A DNA stretch of 64,000 bases from Candidatus Kapaibacterium sp. (GTDB lineage: Bacteria > Bacteroidota > Ignavibacteria > Kapaibacteriales > UBA4661): NCBI GenBank assembly GCA_025055035.1, contig JANWZB010000002.1:3000-66999 (forward strand), written 5' to 3'. Positions 52,468-60,798 of this stretch are shown here, one piece after another (position 1 is the stretch's first letter; every line of letters begins with the position of its first letter). The notes under the pieces are model-generated. The model worked only from the letters and a program-made list of their open reading frames with translations. It had not been told where the DNA came from and made no database searches. The translations under genes were made by a program, and so were the position numbers.

Positions 52468-52578
52468 ATGAGAACAGCCCGAGCAATATTACTTGGCGCT
52501 TATATAGCAGCTTTCGTCAGTATAGCAACTACATATGCATATGCTGGCGGAGATAATTGTAAAGACAAGAGCTGTTGA
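52468..52578 (+). CDS. Small secreted peptide precursor (36 aa; predicted mature GGDNCKDKSC)
   Basis: Strong SD AAAGGAG 8 nt upstream. Signal peptide MRTARAILLGAYIAAFVSIATTYAYA, with an AxA cleavage site. TGA stop is immediately followed by an A10 tract. Confidence 0.45.
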   Translation: MRTARAILLGAYIAAFVSIATTYAYAGGDNCKDKSC

Positions 52579-52693
52579 AAAAAAAAAGTGACGAAAACGG
52601 CGAAGAAGGCAAAAACTGAAAACCAGTCCAGTGAAGCGAAAAAATCCTAAAACCATAAAAACCTCTTTAGTAGTTACATAAACATTAGAGTAG

Positions 52694-52728
52694 GGCTTCT
52701 TTTCTCTCCTAGAGAAGAGAAGCCCTTA
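52694..52728. terminator. Bidirectional terminator hairpin (15-bp stem, 1 mismatch) between small-peptide gene and pruA
   Basis: GGGCTTCTTTTCTCT cctag AGAGAAGAGAAGCCC. Confidence 0.55.
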
Positions 52729-52750
52729 TCGTATTAGGTGTGTAATCCTG

Positions 52751-54304
52751 CTAAGGAAGCTTGCGGGTCACAGATTTCCCTTGTAGAAAAAGCATAAGGT
52801 AATCTCGGCTTCCAGCCTTGGAGTCTGTACCGCTCATATTGAATCCCCCAAATGGGTGAACATCGACGATTGCTCCTGTGCACTTACGATTTAGATAGAG
52901 ATTACCAACAAAGAACTCTCTACGAGCACGCTCAAGCCGTCCGGGACTTGTACTGTAAACAGCACCAGTGAGGCCATACTTCGTTCCGTTTGCTATTTCT
53001 AGCGCATGATTGAAGTCCTTCGCTCGTATAACAGCTAGTACGGGACCGAATATTTCCTCCTGAGCTATACGAGCCGTTGGAGCAACATCGTCGAAAATGG
53101 TTGGTTCAATATAATATCCATTGAGGTGAGGAACTTTTTTACCGCCGACAAGCAGCTTCCCCTCTGTTTTGCCAATTTCAATGTACTCCAAAATCTTATT
53201 TTCTGCTTTCTGTGATGATACAGGACCGATTGAGGCGTTGTCTTTGGGATTACCAATAGTAAGTTCCTGCGTTGCGGCAACGAGCTTCGTGACAAATTCA
53301 TCATGAATACATTCATCAACTATCACACGAGAGCATGCTGAACATTTTTGCCCTTGAAAGCCGAAGGCCGAAGCAACTGTCCCACGAACCGCATCATCAA
53401 TATCTGCATCATCAGCAACGATAATAGCATCTTTACCACCCATTTCTGCTATAACACGCTTAATCCAGAGTTGTTCGGGCTGTGGTTGAGCAGCGAGCTG
53501 GTTAATACGCAGACCTACATGCATTGAGCCGGTGAAAGAGATAAAGCGAGTTTTGGGGTGTTGTACAAGAAAATCGCCCACATCGAGTGGGTCAGCAGAG
53601 ATAAAGTTCAACACACCGGGGGGCAAACCTACTTCCCGCATGATATCAGCGAAAATCCAGCCCATCATTGGGGTTTCCATAGCTGGTTTAAGAACAACTG
53701 TGTTTCCTGCAGCGATGGGAGCTGCACTTGTTCCCACAAGGATAGCAAAAGGAAAATTCCAAGGAGTAACGACAAATCCAGCGCCAAGTGGAATGTAGAA
53801 GTATGAATTGTCCTCGCCCGGTATACGCGTCAAGGGTTGGGGCTGTGCATATCGTAATGCTTCGCGCCCGTAAAATTCGAGAAAATCAATTGCTTCACAT
53901 GTGTCAGCATCCGCTTCTGGATAATTTTTACCAGCTTCAGAAATCATCCATGCGTTAATCTCTAGGCGGCGCTGGCGCACAATATCGGCAGCCCTAAAAA
54001 GATACTCGGCGCGTTGTTCTGCTGGAACATCTTTCCATGTTTCAAACCCTTTCCATGCACTCTGAAGTGCACGTTCGGCATCGGACTGTGTAGCACTTTG
54101 AAATATACCAATAGTCTCACTGATGTCAGCAGGATTGATAGAGACAACTTTTTTGTCTGTAAATACTTCTTCACCATAGATAATATTGGGATACTCTTTG
54201 CCAAACATGCTTCGCACCTTCTCAAGAGCAGCTCGTTGCTGAGCAACAATAGATGTGTCAGAAAAATCCAAATACTGTTCTGGTCTATAGGGAGGTCTAT
54301 TCAT
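52751..54304 (-). CDS. pruA: L-glutamate gamma-semialdehyde (1-pyrroline-5-carboxylate) dehydrogenase PruA/RocA
   Basis: ALDH superfamily with catalytic Cys in FGFQGQKCSACSR, glutamate in ELGGKD... and the P5CDH-type N-terminus. A start at 54328 is also possible. Confidence 0.8.
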   Translation of the reverse strand: MNRPPYRPEQYLDFSDTSIVAQQRAALEKVRSMFGKEYPNIIYGEEVFTDKKVVSINPADISETIGIFQSATQSDAERALQSAWKGFETWKDVPAEQRAEYLFRAADIVRQRRLEINAWMISEAGKNYPEADADTCEAIDFLEFYGREALRYAQPQPLTRIPGEDNSYFYIPLGAGFVVTPWNFPFAILVGTSAAPIAAGNTVVLKPAMETPMMGWIFADIMREVGLPPGVLNFISADPLDVGDFLVQHPKTRFISFTGSMHVGLRINQLAAQPQPEQLWIKRVIAEMGGKDAIIVADDADIDDAVRGTVASAFGFQGQKCSACSRVIVDECIHDEFVTKLVAATQELTIGNPKDNASIGPVSSQKAENKILEYIEIGKTEGKLLVGGKKVPHLNGYYIEPTIFDDVAPTARIAQEEIFGPVLAVIRAKDFNHALEIANGTKYGLTGAVYSTSPGRLERARREFFVGNLYLNRKCTGAIVDVHPFGGFNMSGTDSKAGSRDYLMLFLQGKSVTRKLP

Positions 54305-54583
54305 GACAATATTACATAAATGGAACAAGTTGGTATAGCAGTTACCATGGCTTTATGAGTTGAAATCTAACCGAAGCATAGTAGTACTATGAGTACTATG
54401 CAAGTATAGCACAAATCTAGCAGAATTTACGAGGACGCACAACTCAATTTCGCTTGGAGCGAAAATATGTATGCTTGCACATTGTTCTCAAAACTTGCCT
54501 GAATGCTTTTGAAGTAAAAAAGAAAAACCCTTGCATTACATACAAAAAAGTAGTATTTTTGCTGCTCGCAAAACTTAGCAAAC

Positions 54584-54660
54584 CGCGGGGTGGAGCAATT
54601 GGTAGCTCGTTGGGCTCATAACCCAGAGGTTGCAGGTTCAAGTCCTGTCCCCGCTACATA
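54584..54660 (+). tRNA. Initiator tRNA-fMet (anticodon CAT)
   Basis: CGCGGGGTGGAGCAATTGGTAGCTCGTTGGGCTCATAACCCAGAGGTTGCAGGTTCAAGTCCTGTCCCCGCTA. Three consecutive G:C pairs close the anticodon stem. Positions 1:72 are unpaired (C·U). The 5' half closely resembles the E. coli initiator (CGCGGGGTGGAGCAG...). Confidence 0.85.
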
Positions 54661-54745
54661 TACACCCTGTAAAAATGCCGCTTGGTTTTGATATGAGCCA
54701 AGCGGCATTGTTGTTTGTTGAAGGGTAAAGATTGCTATTGTTCTC

Positions 54746-55399
54746 TCAAGAAAACGATGATTGGGAAAAATCTAGAGAAGAAGCAGCAGCGCGTCTTCGG
54801 AAAAATCGTATGATCAGCCAGACAATAAGACCTATAATAGCTATCCCAAGGAACAAACGAAAGAATGAGAATGTTGGAGGGTAAACTTCTGTCGTTCCAT
54901 CAGGATTTGTGACATACACAGGACGAGAATAGTAAAACGCAGGATGAAATGGCATGTACCAAAGTGCAGAGGTCTGCCCCATAAGATAACCCATCATGAG
55001 CCCATCAGCAAAGCCGCCATAGCTATGGACAATGTATGGCGAAGATGCTCCAGGTACGCTAACAGGCGTACTCTGGCGTGGTATGCCATAGGAGCGGCGA
55101 TAGTTCGATGCTGCTGGAGCCATGCTCCGTGTTCCTCCAAAGCTTGTTGTACCGCTGCGTTGCAGCGAAGAGCTTGCAGAAGGTGCTGCAGGACTTGGTG
55201 TATAGCGATAACTTTGGGATGGCATGGCAGGTCGGCTTGGTGCATATGAAGGAGAACTTCGAAATCCTCCAAAGCTACTGCGGCCGCCGCGGCGCTGTGC
55301 CTCAGCTTCCAGAGAAGAAAGTAGTAATATCGCTAATGCTGCAAGTGTCGCAGAAACACACATGAGCAGAGAGTGTGGCTTGAAAGAGAGTCTATTCAT
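54746..55399 (-). CDS. Hypothetical secreted, C-terminally membrane-anchored Ser/Pro/Arg-rich protein
   Basis: Signal peptide, then a low-complexity region (RRGGRSSFGGFRSSPSYAPSRP...), a conserved-looking GGFADGLMMGYLMGQ segment and a C-terminal TM helix plus RRR tail. Confidence 0.45.
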   Translation of the reverse strand: MNRLSFKPHSLLMCVSATLAALAILLLSSLEAEAQRRGGRSSFGGFRSSPSYAPSRPAMPSQSYRYTPSPAAPSASSSLQRSGTTSFGGTRSMAPAASNYRRSYGIPRQSTPVSVPGASSPYIVHSYGGFADGLMMGYLMGQTSALWYMPFHPAFYYSRPVYVTNPDGTTEVYPPTFSFFRLFLGIAIIGLIVWLIIRFFRRRAAASSLDFSQSSFS

Positions 55400-55435
55400 A
55401 GGAGTTATTCAGAAATGCAATGTGGAAGAATAGTT

Positions 55436-55921
55436 TTATCCAAAAATGAGCTCTGTCGAGATAGACTCATCAGGATTGCGGTATCGAATTTCGGCACGGA
55501 ATATTGCTTGTTCGCCGTATCCTTGTTGTTTTTTGAATATCGAAGTGAAGCCGCTGCTCTGAGCTGGTGAACCGCGTTGAATTTGCACAAGTAAATCAAC
55601 AATACCGTCCTGTGGCTCTTCGTTAATGTACACCATAGTATTTTCGAGTAAGCCATCACTTGTGATTGTGAGTAGCCGTAAGAATTGTGCTTCCTCTTCA
55701 GTAAATGTAGGAGGAACTTTTTTAATGTTGTCCAAATAGTCGGTAAATATGTTTTTCGTGTACATTTGCTTGTCAGTACCCTCATAGACGATAATGGTAT
55801 CGAAATCACCATCTTCGCTGATGTGAAGCATAATCTGATGAATGCCGCCTACTTGTTCACCATTGATATACACCGCTGTTTTTTCGAGGCTGCCATTGCT
55901 CTCGATAGAAATCTCACGCAT
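55436..55921 (-). CDS. Hypothetical protein with internal duplication
   Basis: Two similar modules (LEKTAVYINGEQVGGIHQIM... and LENTMVYINEEPQDGIVDLL...). No known family recognised. Confidence 0.4.
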   Translation of the reverse strand: MREISIESNGSLEKTAVYINGEQVGGIHQIMLHISEDGDFDTIIVYEGTDKQMYTKNIFTDYLDNIKKVPPTFTEEEAQFLRLLTITSDGLLENTMVYINEEPQDGIVDLLVQIQRGSPAQSSGFTSIFKKQQGYGEQAIFRAEIRYRNPDESISTELIFG

Positions 55922-56032
55922 GAGCTGTCCTTTCTTCTACAAAAAGTTCCAAAAAATGCTGACGCAAATAGAAAGAAAAAGTTACAGTGCTATCAAACTC
56001 AGTGTAGTACTGTTATTTGTCAGTTAGGAGCT

Positions 56033-56812
56033 TTACGCATGTTTGTTCATAAGCCGCTCCACTGCATAGTGATGCAAGAGCCTGCAGGGGCTGTATCTGT
56101 TACTGTTGTATTCAGCATATAAGGCCTCTAATATTGCAAAAATAACGTCGAAGCCAATATTTTCAGCCCACTCTAGGGGTCCGTAAGGATAATTTGTCCC
56201 AAGTTTCATTGCTGTATCAATTTCGCTGGGAGTTGATATGTTCTCAAGAACTGCAAACGCTGCTTCATTAACAAGCATTGCAACAATGCGTGGCACAACA
56301 AATCCCACAATGTCGTCTATTGTTTCGGTGCGTAGCCCTACACTGCGAAATAGCGTTTCTGCTAGTAACAGAGCTTCGGCGGAAAGTGTACGGGAATACG
56401 CAAGCTCAATTACTGTCATTTCTGGAAAAAATCCTGCCAAAAGATTAGCTCGAATAGTATTTGGTGCATTTATCACCTTTGCAAGATATGCCGCAGTAAG
56501 GGTGGGTGTAGAGAATACAAACAGTGCAGTGGGGTTTTGGTTGCAAAGAAATGTTAGTATGGCGTGATGTACTTGGTCAGGATATAATGAAAAGTCAACA
56601 ATAATGTCTGGACGAAATGACAACTCTGAAGTGTTTGCCACAATTTTCTCCGCAAACGAAGCAAGGTGGGTATCTGGTGCACCATTAAGAATAATCTGAA
56701 ACTGAATAGAACATTTATGAAGCAGTGCAGCAAAGGCGTGTATGCTTCGTTGGTCATGCTGTTCTGAAATAAGGAGTACACAAGGCTGAGATATTGCTGC
56801 GTGGTTGTCCAT
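56033..56812 (-). CDS. 3-hydroxyacyl-CoA dehydrogenase-fold protein lacking NAD-binding GxGxxG and catalytic His (putative pseudoenzyme)
   Basis: Colinear with 3HCDH (ANTSEL as ATNTSSL, AGFFPEMTVIEL as GHFFNPxxVMxLVE, GFVVPRI as GFxVNR, IDTAMKLGTNYPYGPLEWAENIGFDV as the C-terminal domain). The Rossmann glycine motif is absent, and His in HFFNP is replaced (AGFFPE). Confidence 0.55.
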   Translation of the reverse strand: MDNHAAISQPCVLLISEQHDQRSIHAFAALLHKCSIQFQIILNGAPDTHLASFAEKIVANTSELSFRPDIIVDFSLYPDQVHHAILTFLCNQNPTALFVFSTPTLTAAYLAKVINAPNTIRANLLAGFFPEMTVIELAYSRTLSAEALLLAETLFRSVGLRTETIDDIVGFVVPRIVAMLVNEAAFAVLENISTPSEIDTAMKLGTNYPYGPLEWAENIGFDVIFAILEALYAEYNSNRYSPCRLLHHYAVERLMNKHA

Positions 56813-56865
56813 AGAGTTCTAGGGCAGGAAGTAGAAGAGCACGTCTCTAGCACGCGAAACATTGT

Positions 56866-59800
56866 TCATTTGTGTTGGAATAGTTTGGTTATGCGTAGCG
56901 TAGTATCGAGCAAGCGTTCTCGCACACTCAGTAGACCCAACGATAAAAGCACGGTGAAGATTGTCATGCATATCAAAACAACCGCATTATAGCAGACAGT
57001 CGGCACGTACTTCTGGGAAAAGAACATACGCTTCTCATGAATTAGCATTGGATAGTCGAAAAGTCCGATGTGCGCTTGGGTCATTACTCCGCCAGTGCTA
57101 TCAAGGGCTTGTAGCATAGCGTGGAGCTTATCCTGTGCTTCGAGCACCTGACGGTGGATTTCTTGATTTCCATACTTATCTTGAAACTGTAAGCGGTGCT
57201 GCTCGACCGCAGAATCGAGAGAAGCCTTGTTTTGTTCATAAGCGTCAATTTCTCGCTCTGCTCTTTCAATACTTTGATTGAGTTGTACAAGTTTAGTCTG
57301 CAGTTCGGCGCTTAGTGTGGAGGAGTCGGCTTGAGCAAGGAGAGAGTTACGTTCTTGTAGTGCCGCGTCACGTTCATCGTAAACACGTAGAATATTTTTT
57401 GCTGGCGCCTGCAGTTCATCATCCCTACTTTGGAAACGATTATACCTATCTTGCATCGTTATTAAGCCTTCGTATGCCCAGCGTGCTGGGATAAGCTGGC
57501 AAATCTCTGGGATTTCGCGTGTAGTGTTGAACTTTAAGTGAGTCATCTCGCTGTATGGAATAAGAGCGCCCCCAAAGATGATTTGGGGAATGAGAACAAG
57601 GGGTACAATGTTAAATGCTGCTTTTGCTGACAGGTTCGGTAGCGCTGATATAAGGAGTCCAGTTGCTATACCAACAATCGAAACAAGAGTAAGAAATAGT
57701 AGGTACGCAGCATGAAGTTCTTGGAGCTGCAGTATCGGAAAAGCAGCTATGATAAAGAGAGCGTTTTGCAGCAATGCAAAGACAACGAGCGTAATGAACT
57801 TCGATGCATAGTAGCTGAGGTTGCCAATATTCAGCATCCGTTCTCGCAGAAGAACAGCAGCGTCTTTGATGATTTCATCTATACTATTGGTAATTGCTAG
57901 AAATGTTGCAATGATAACTGCCAAAAATATGAAGATGGCAAGGTTGTCGTTTTGAAAGAGATTGTATTCGGCATCGATGTCGGCTGCATGCCGCAAAATG
58001 AAGCTTACAGCAAGAGCAAGAGCTGGTGCTTCAAAAAATGTAATAATGAGATTAGAGCGGTCGCGAAACTTGTTGACAAAGTTCCGTTGTAAGAGAGTAG
58101 TAAATTGTCGCCACTTTTCGCGCAAAGAGAGTTCACGAGGCTGTGGAAGTGAGACGCGTTCGGAGTCTTCTATTGTTAGGCGGTGTACAGAAGCACGAAA
58201 ATCCAGAAACTTTTCCTTCCAGTACATTGGTGTGTATTTACGCTGAGACAGGGGCACACCATCAATATCCCGCAAGGGTTCTTCGAGCGTTTCGAGCAGC
58301 AAATCCGGTTCAACGTTTTTACATACAGGACACTCAACCATTTCAGCAGCAACTTCGGGGTTTACAGGCGAAGCAGAAACGTGAGACTCAAGAGAATGAG
58401 TTTTAAAGTATGCTAGTGCTGCCATTGTGTCGCCAAAAAATGCAGTTTTTCCTCCTTTGTCTAGGAACAAAATCTTATTGAACATCTTGTATATCTTGGA
58501 GCTTGGCTGATGAATAACCACAAAAACAATCTTACCTTTGAGTGTTAAGCGCTGGAGTAATTCAATAATTTTTTCCGAATCTTTTGATGATAAGCCTGAT
58601 GTTGGCTCGTCAAGAAAGTATACATCTGCATCAGCTAAAAGCTCTAAGCCAATATTCAAGCGCTTACGCTGTCCTCCTGAAAGAGTTCGTTGTGTTGGGC
58701 TTCCGACCTTGACGTTGCGCTTCTCTACAAGATCGATATCTACAAGTGTTTGCTCGACAAGAGTACAGATTTCTTCATCGGACATATCGGGATGTCGAAG
58801 TCGAGCGTTATACATCAAGTTTTCATAAACTGTTAGATTTTCAAACAATAAATCATCTTGCGGTACATACCCTAGATAGTCTTTAAGTGCTTGGTAGTCG
58901 TGGTGAAGATCGTAGGCATTGATTTCGATATTACCGTCATTTGGTTTATTGTAGCCATTCATAATATTTAGCAATGTAGATTTCCCGCACCCTGAAGGAC
59001 CCATAACGGCGACAAGGTCTCCATAGTCAATCTCAAACGAGATATCATCGAGGGCAAGAGTGTTATCTTGGAAAGAGTAACGAACATTTCGAGCGATAAA
59101 ATCGCGGAAGCGAAATGGTTCGGAGCGTACTACACCTCCCAAGAACGAGCAATGGAAGACTTGCTTGGAGATAAAAATGTGGCACTCGGCAGGAAGAATT
59201 TGGGGCTTCTTTACTGCTTTCCCATTGTAGCCGATGCGATGAGGACAACCACGCGGGTCAAGAATATACTCTGCCGAGCTAGCATGATCCTTGCGAGTAA
59301 CGGTGATGTGCCACTGTTTTGAAAGACCATCATGAAAGATAGCATCGCATTCCGCATGATTTCCAAACGTGAACGATGGCTTTTTGGGATCGAACGTGAA
59401 GACTTCACTTTCGAGACCATATTGAAACGCAAGCTTACGGAGGTTAATTGGGCAGTTTCCAATTAGAACGCTGTCATTCAAGTTAACATATACTTGTGTT
59501 TCTACAGGGCGTCCGTTCACAACAAGCTGATTGGCAAGCTTTCCCAAGTCGGAATCTGTAACACCAAGCGGTGTCAGAATAATAAAGAGCTTGGTAAATT
59601 CGATGAGCAAGACGTCGTCCATACTAGGCATTTGCGAGAGAACAAACTCTGTTGTTCTACGTTCGGGGTTGATTCGACGCGATACGAATAGAGCAAATCC
59701 GAGTAGGGTTTTTGTTTTAAGGTGAAAGTAGTAGCTTAGGTCTTCGAAATTGATAGTATAGCTATCAATCGAAATGGACTGATTGTGCTGAATTTTCGTT

Positions 59801-60447
59801 GCATTGAGCAAATTTCGCGATGTCTTGCCAGCAATAGGAACGTTGCCAACTTTCACAAGATGTTTGTCATTCTTTTGAAGAATGATGTAGATACTGCGGA
59901 TTTTGAATATTTCTACGTCAAGGAGCGGAAAGGGCAATACAATATCGAACAGCTGCGGGTCGTCGCCAATAGTGATAGAAATTATCTCAGACTGTTTTGC
60001 TATTTCTAGTGTTTCTGTAGAAGGTAGGTCGTAGATGCTTTCTACTTTGCATATGTCGGGGTCAGTCAATCCTATCATGCGTCCAATTCTCCGTGCCGTT
60101 TCGCGTTCTACATCGTCCATCGTATCCGAAGCCGCAAGCTCATAAACTTTCATCAGGATAAATACACGGTTTTCGTAGGAAAATCCCGTACGAATTTGAG
60201 CTGCTGCTTGCTCTGCATCAATATTTTCCGAGAGAAAGTACTCAAATTGCTTGTAGAGATACTCTGCAACAGGAGCATGATAAATGGACGTGAGATAAAA
60301 TCGCACGTAGTCACGCTCTGCCTGCGAAACACTGCTATCCGCTTTAGCAAGCAAGCTAAATAGCTTGACAGTGTTGATAAGAAGCGAATTACCTAAGCTC
60401 TCTTTGAGCGTAGAGGCTTGAGAAGTATCATGAGCGTGAGAAATCAT
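56866..60447 (-). CDS. TerB-like – FHA – FHA – ABC ATPase – ABC-2 permease fusion (ABCG/White-type half transporter, Rv1747-like architecture) with C-terminal coiled coil
   Basis: N-terminal TerB-like repeats (KADSSVSQAERDYVRFYL / ASDTMDDVERETARRIGRMIGL). FHA-like segments (FTFGNHAECDAIFHD..LSKQWHITV...NGKAV). NBD with Walker A GPSGCGKST, signature LSGGQRKRL, Walker B VYFLDEPTSGL and H-loop VIHQPS. Six TM helices, then a coiled-coil region and a terminal TM helix. Confidence 0.8.
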   Translation of the reverse strand: MISHAHDTSQASTLKESLGNSLLINTVKLFSLLAKADSSVSQAERDYVRFYLTSIYHAPVAEYLYKQFEYFLSENIDAEQAAAQIRTGFSYENRVFILMKVYELAASDTMDDVERETARRIGRMIGLTDPDICKVESIYDLPSTETLEIAKQSEIISITIGDDPQLFDIVLPFPLLDVEIFKIRSIYIILQKNDKHLVKVGNVPIAGKTSRNLLNATKIQHNQSISIDSYTINFEDLSYYFHLKTKTLLGFALFVSRRINPERRTTEFVLSQMPSMDDVLLIEFTKLFIILTPLGVTDSDLGKLANQLVVNGRPVETQVYVNLNDSVLIGNCPINLRKLAFQYGLESEVFTFDPKKPSFTFGNHAECDAIFHDGLSKQWHITVTRKDHASSAEYILDPRGCPHRIGYNGKAVKKPQILPAECHIFISKQVFHCSFLGGVVRSEPFRFRDFIARNVRYSFQDNTLALDDISFEIDYGDLVAVMGPSGCGKSTLLNIMNGYNKPNDGNIEINAYDLHHDYQALKDYLGYVPQDDLLFENLTVYENLMYNARLRHPDMSDEEICTLVEQTLVDIDLVEKRNVKVGSPTQRTLSGGQRKRLNIGLELLADADVYFLDEPTSGLSSKDSEKIIELLQRLTLKGKIVFVVIHQPSSKIYKMFNKILFLDKGGKTAFFGDTMAALAYFKTHSLESHVSASPVNPEVAAEMVECPVCKNVEPDLLLETLEEPLRDIDGVPLSQRKYTPMYWKEKFLDFRASVHRLTIEDSERVSLPQPRELSLREKWRQFTTLLQRNFVNKFRDRSNLIITFFEAPALALAVSFILRHAADIDAEYNLFQNDNLAIFIFLAVIIATFLAITNSIDEIIKDAAVLLRERMLNIGNLSYYASKFITLVVFALLQNALFIIAAFPILQLQELHAAYLLFLTLVSIVGIATGLLISALPNLSAKAAFNIVPLVLIPQIIFGGALIPYSEMTHLKFNTTREIPEICQLIPARWAYEGLITMQDRYNRFQSRDDELQAPAKNILRVYDERDAALQERNSLLAQADSSTLSAELQTKLVQLNQSIERAEREIDAYEQNKASLDSAVEQHRLQFQDKYGNQEIHRQVLEAQDKLHAMLQALDSTGGVMTQAHIGLFDYPMLIHEKRMFFSQKYVPTVCYNAVVLICMTIFTVLLSLGLLSVRERLLDTTLRITKLFQHK

Positions 60448-60633
60448 TGGGATACAAGATACTTATAAAACAATTATGTATAACCGTACCTCCAAGTATA
60501 ACGTACACAATCCACACAAGCAAATTTCTTTTTCGCAATAGCCCGAAAAATGTTAGACGGTGTTGTGTAATATCTCTAAGAAAGGCTATGGATTAGGTAG
60601 GCACGGAACTAGGCTTGACAAATACAAAGAGAC

Positions 60634-60665
60634 CTGCTTCGGACTAGAAAGAAGCAGGTCTGGCG
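60634..60665 (-). terminator. Perfect 11-bp hairpin (AGACCTGCTTC / GAAGCAGGTCT), terminator-like, immediately 3' (minus strand) of the tRNA-like element
   Basis: Stem at 60634-60644 and 60655-60665. On the minus strand it is followed by CTTTGTATTTGT. Confidence 0.5.
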
Positions 60666-60678
60666 GATGTTTGAGGGG

Positions 60679-60798
60679 CTGTAGGAGAAGGAGTCGAACC
60701 TTCACGGAGGGCTTAGGAACTGCTTTGTGGGCAGACTTTATCGCTGAACTCCACCGTCGGGACTGGACGGCACGGCTGCCTGTTTCGTCATCCTACAG
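60679..60798 (-). ncRNA. tRNA-like structured element (8-bp acceptor-like helix + canonical T-arm GAAGG-TTCGACT-CCTTC), unclassified
   Basis: Minus strand reads 5'-CTGTAGGA...GAAGGTTCGACTCCTTC-TCCTACAG-3'. The 11-mer GGTTCGACTCC equals the tRNA/tmRNA T-arm consensus. The 120-nt length fits neither a standard tRNA nor tmRNA. Confidence 0.4.

Noticed and set aside
52576-52586. A10 homopolymer as a phase-variation switch for the small peptide gene
   Set aside because: The TGA stop lies before the tract, so length changes cannot alter that ORF's frame. Only readthrough, not slippage, would extend it.
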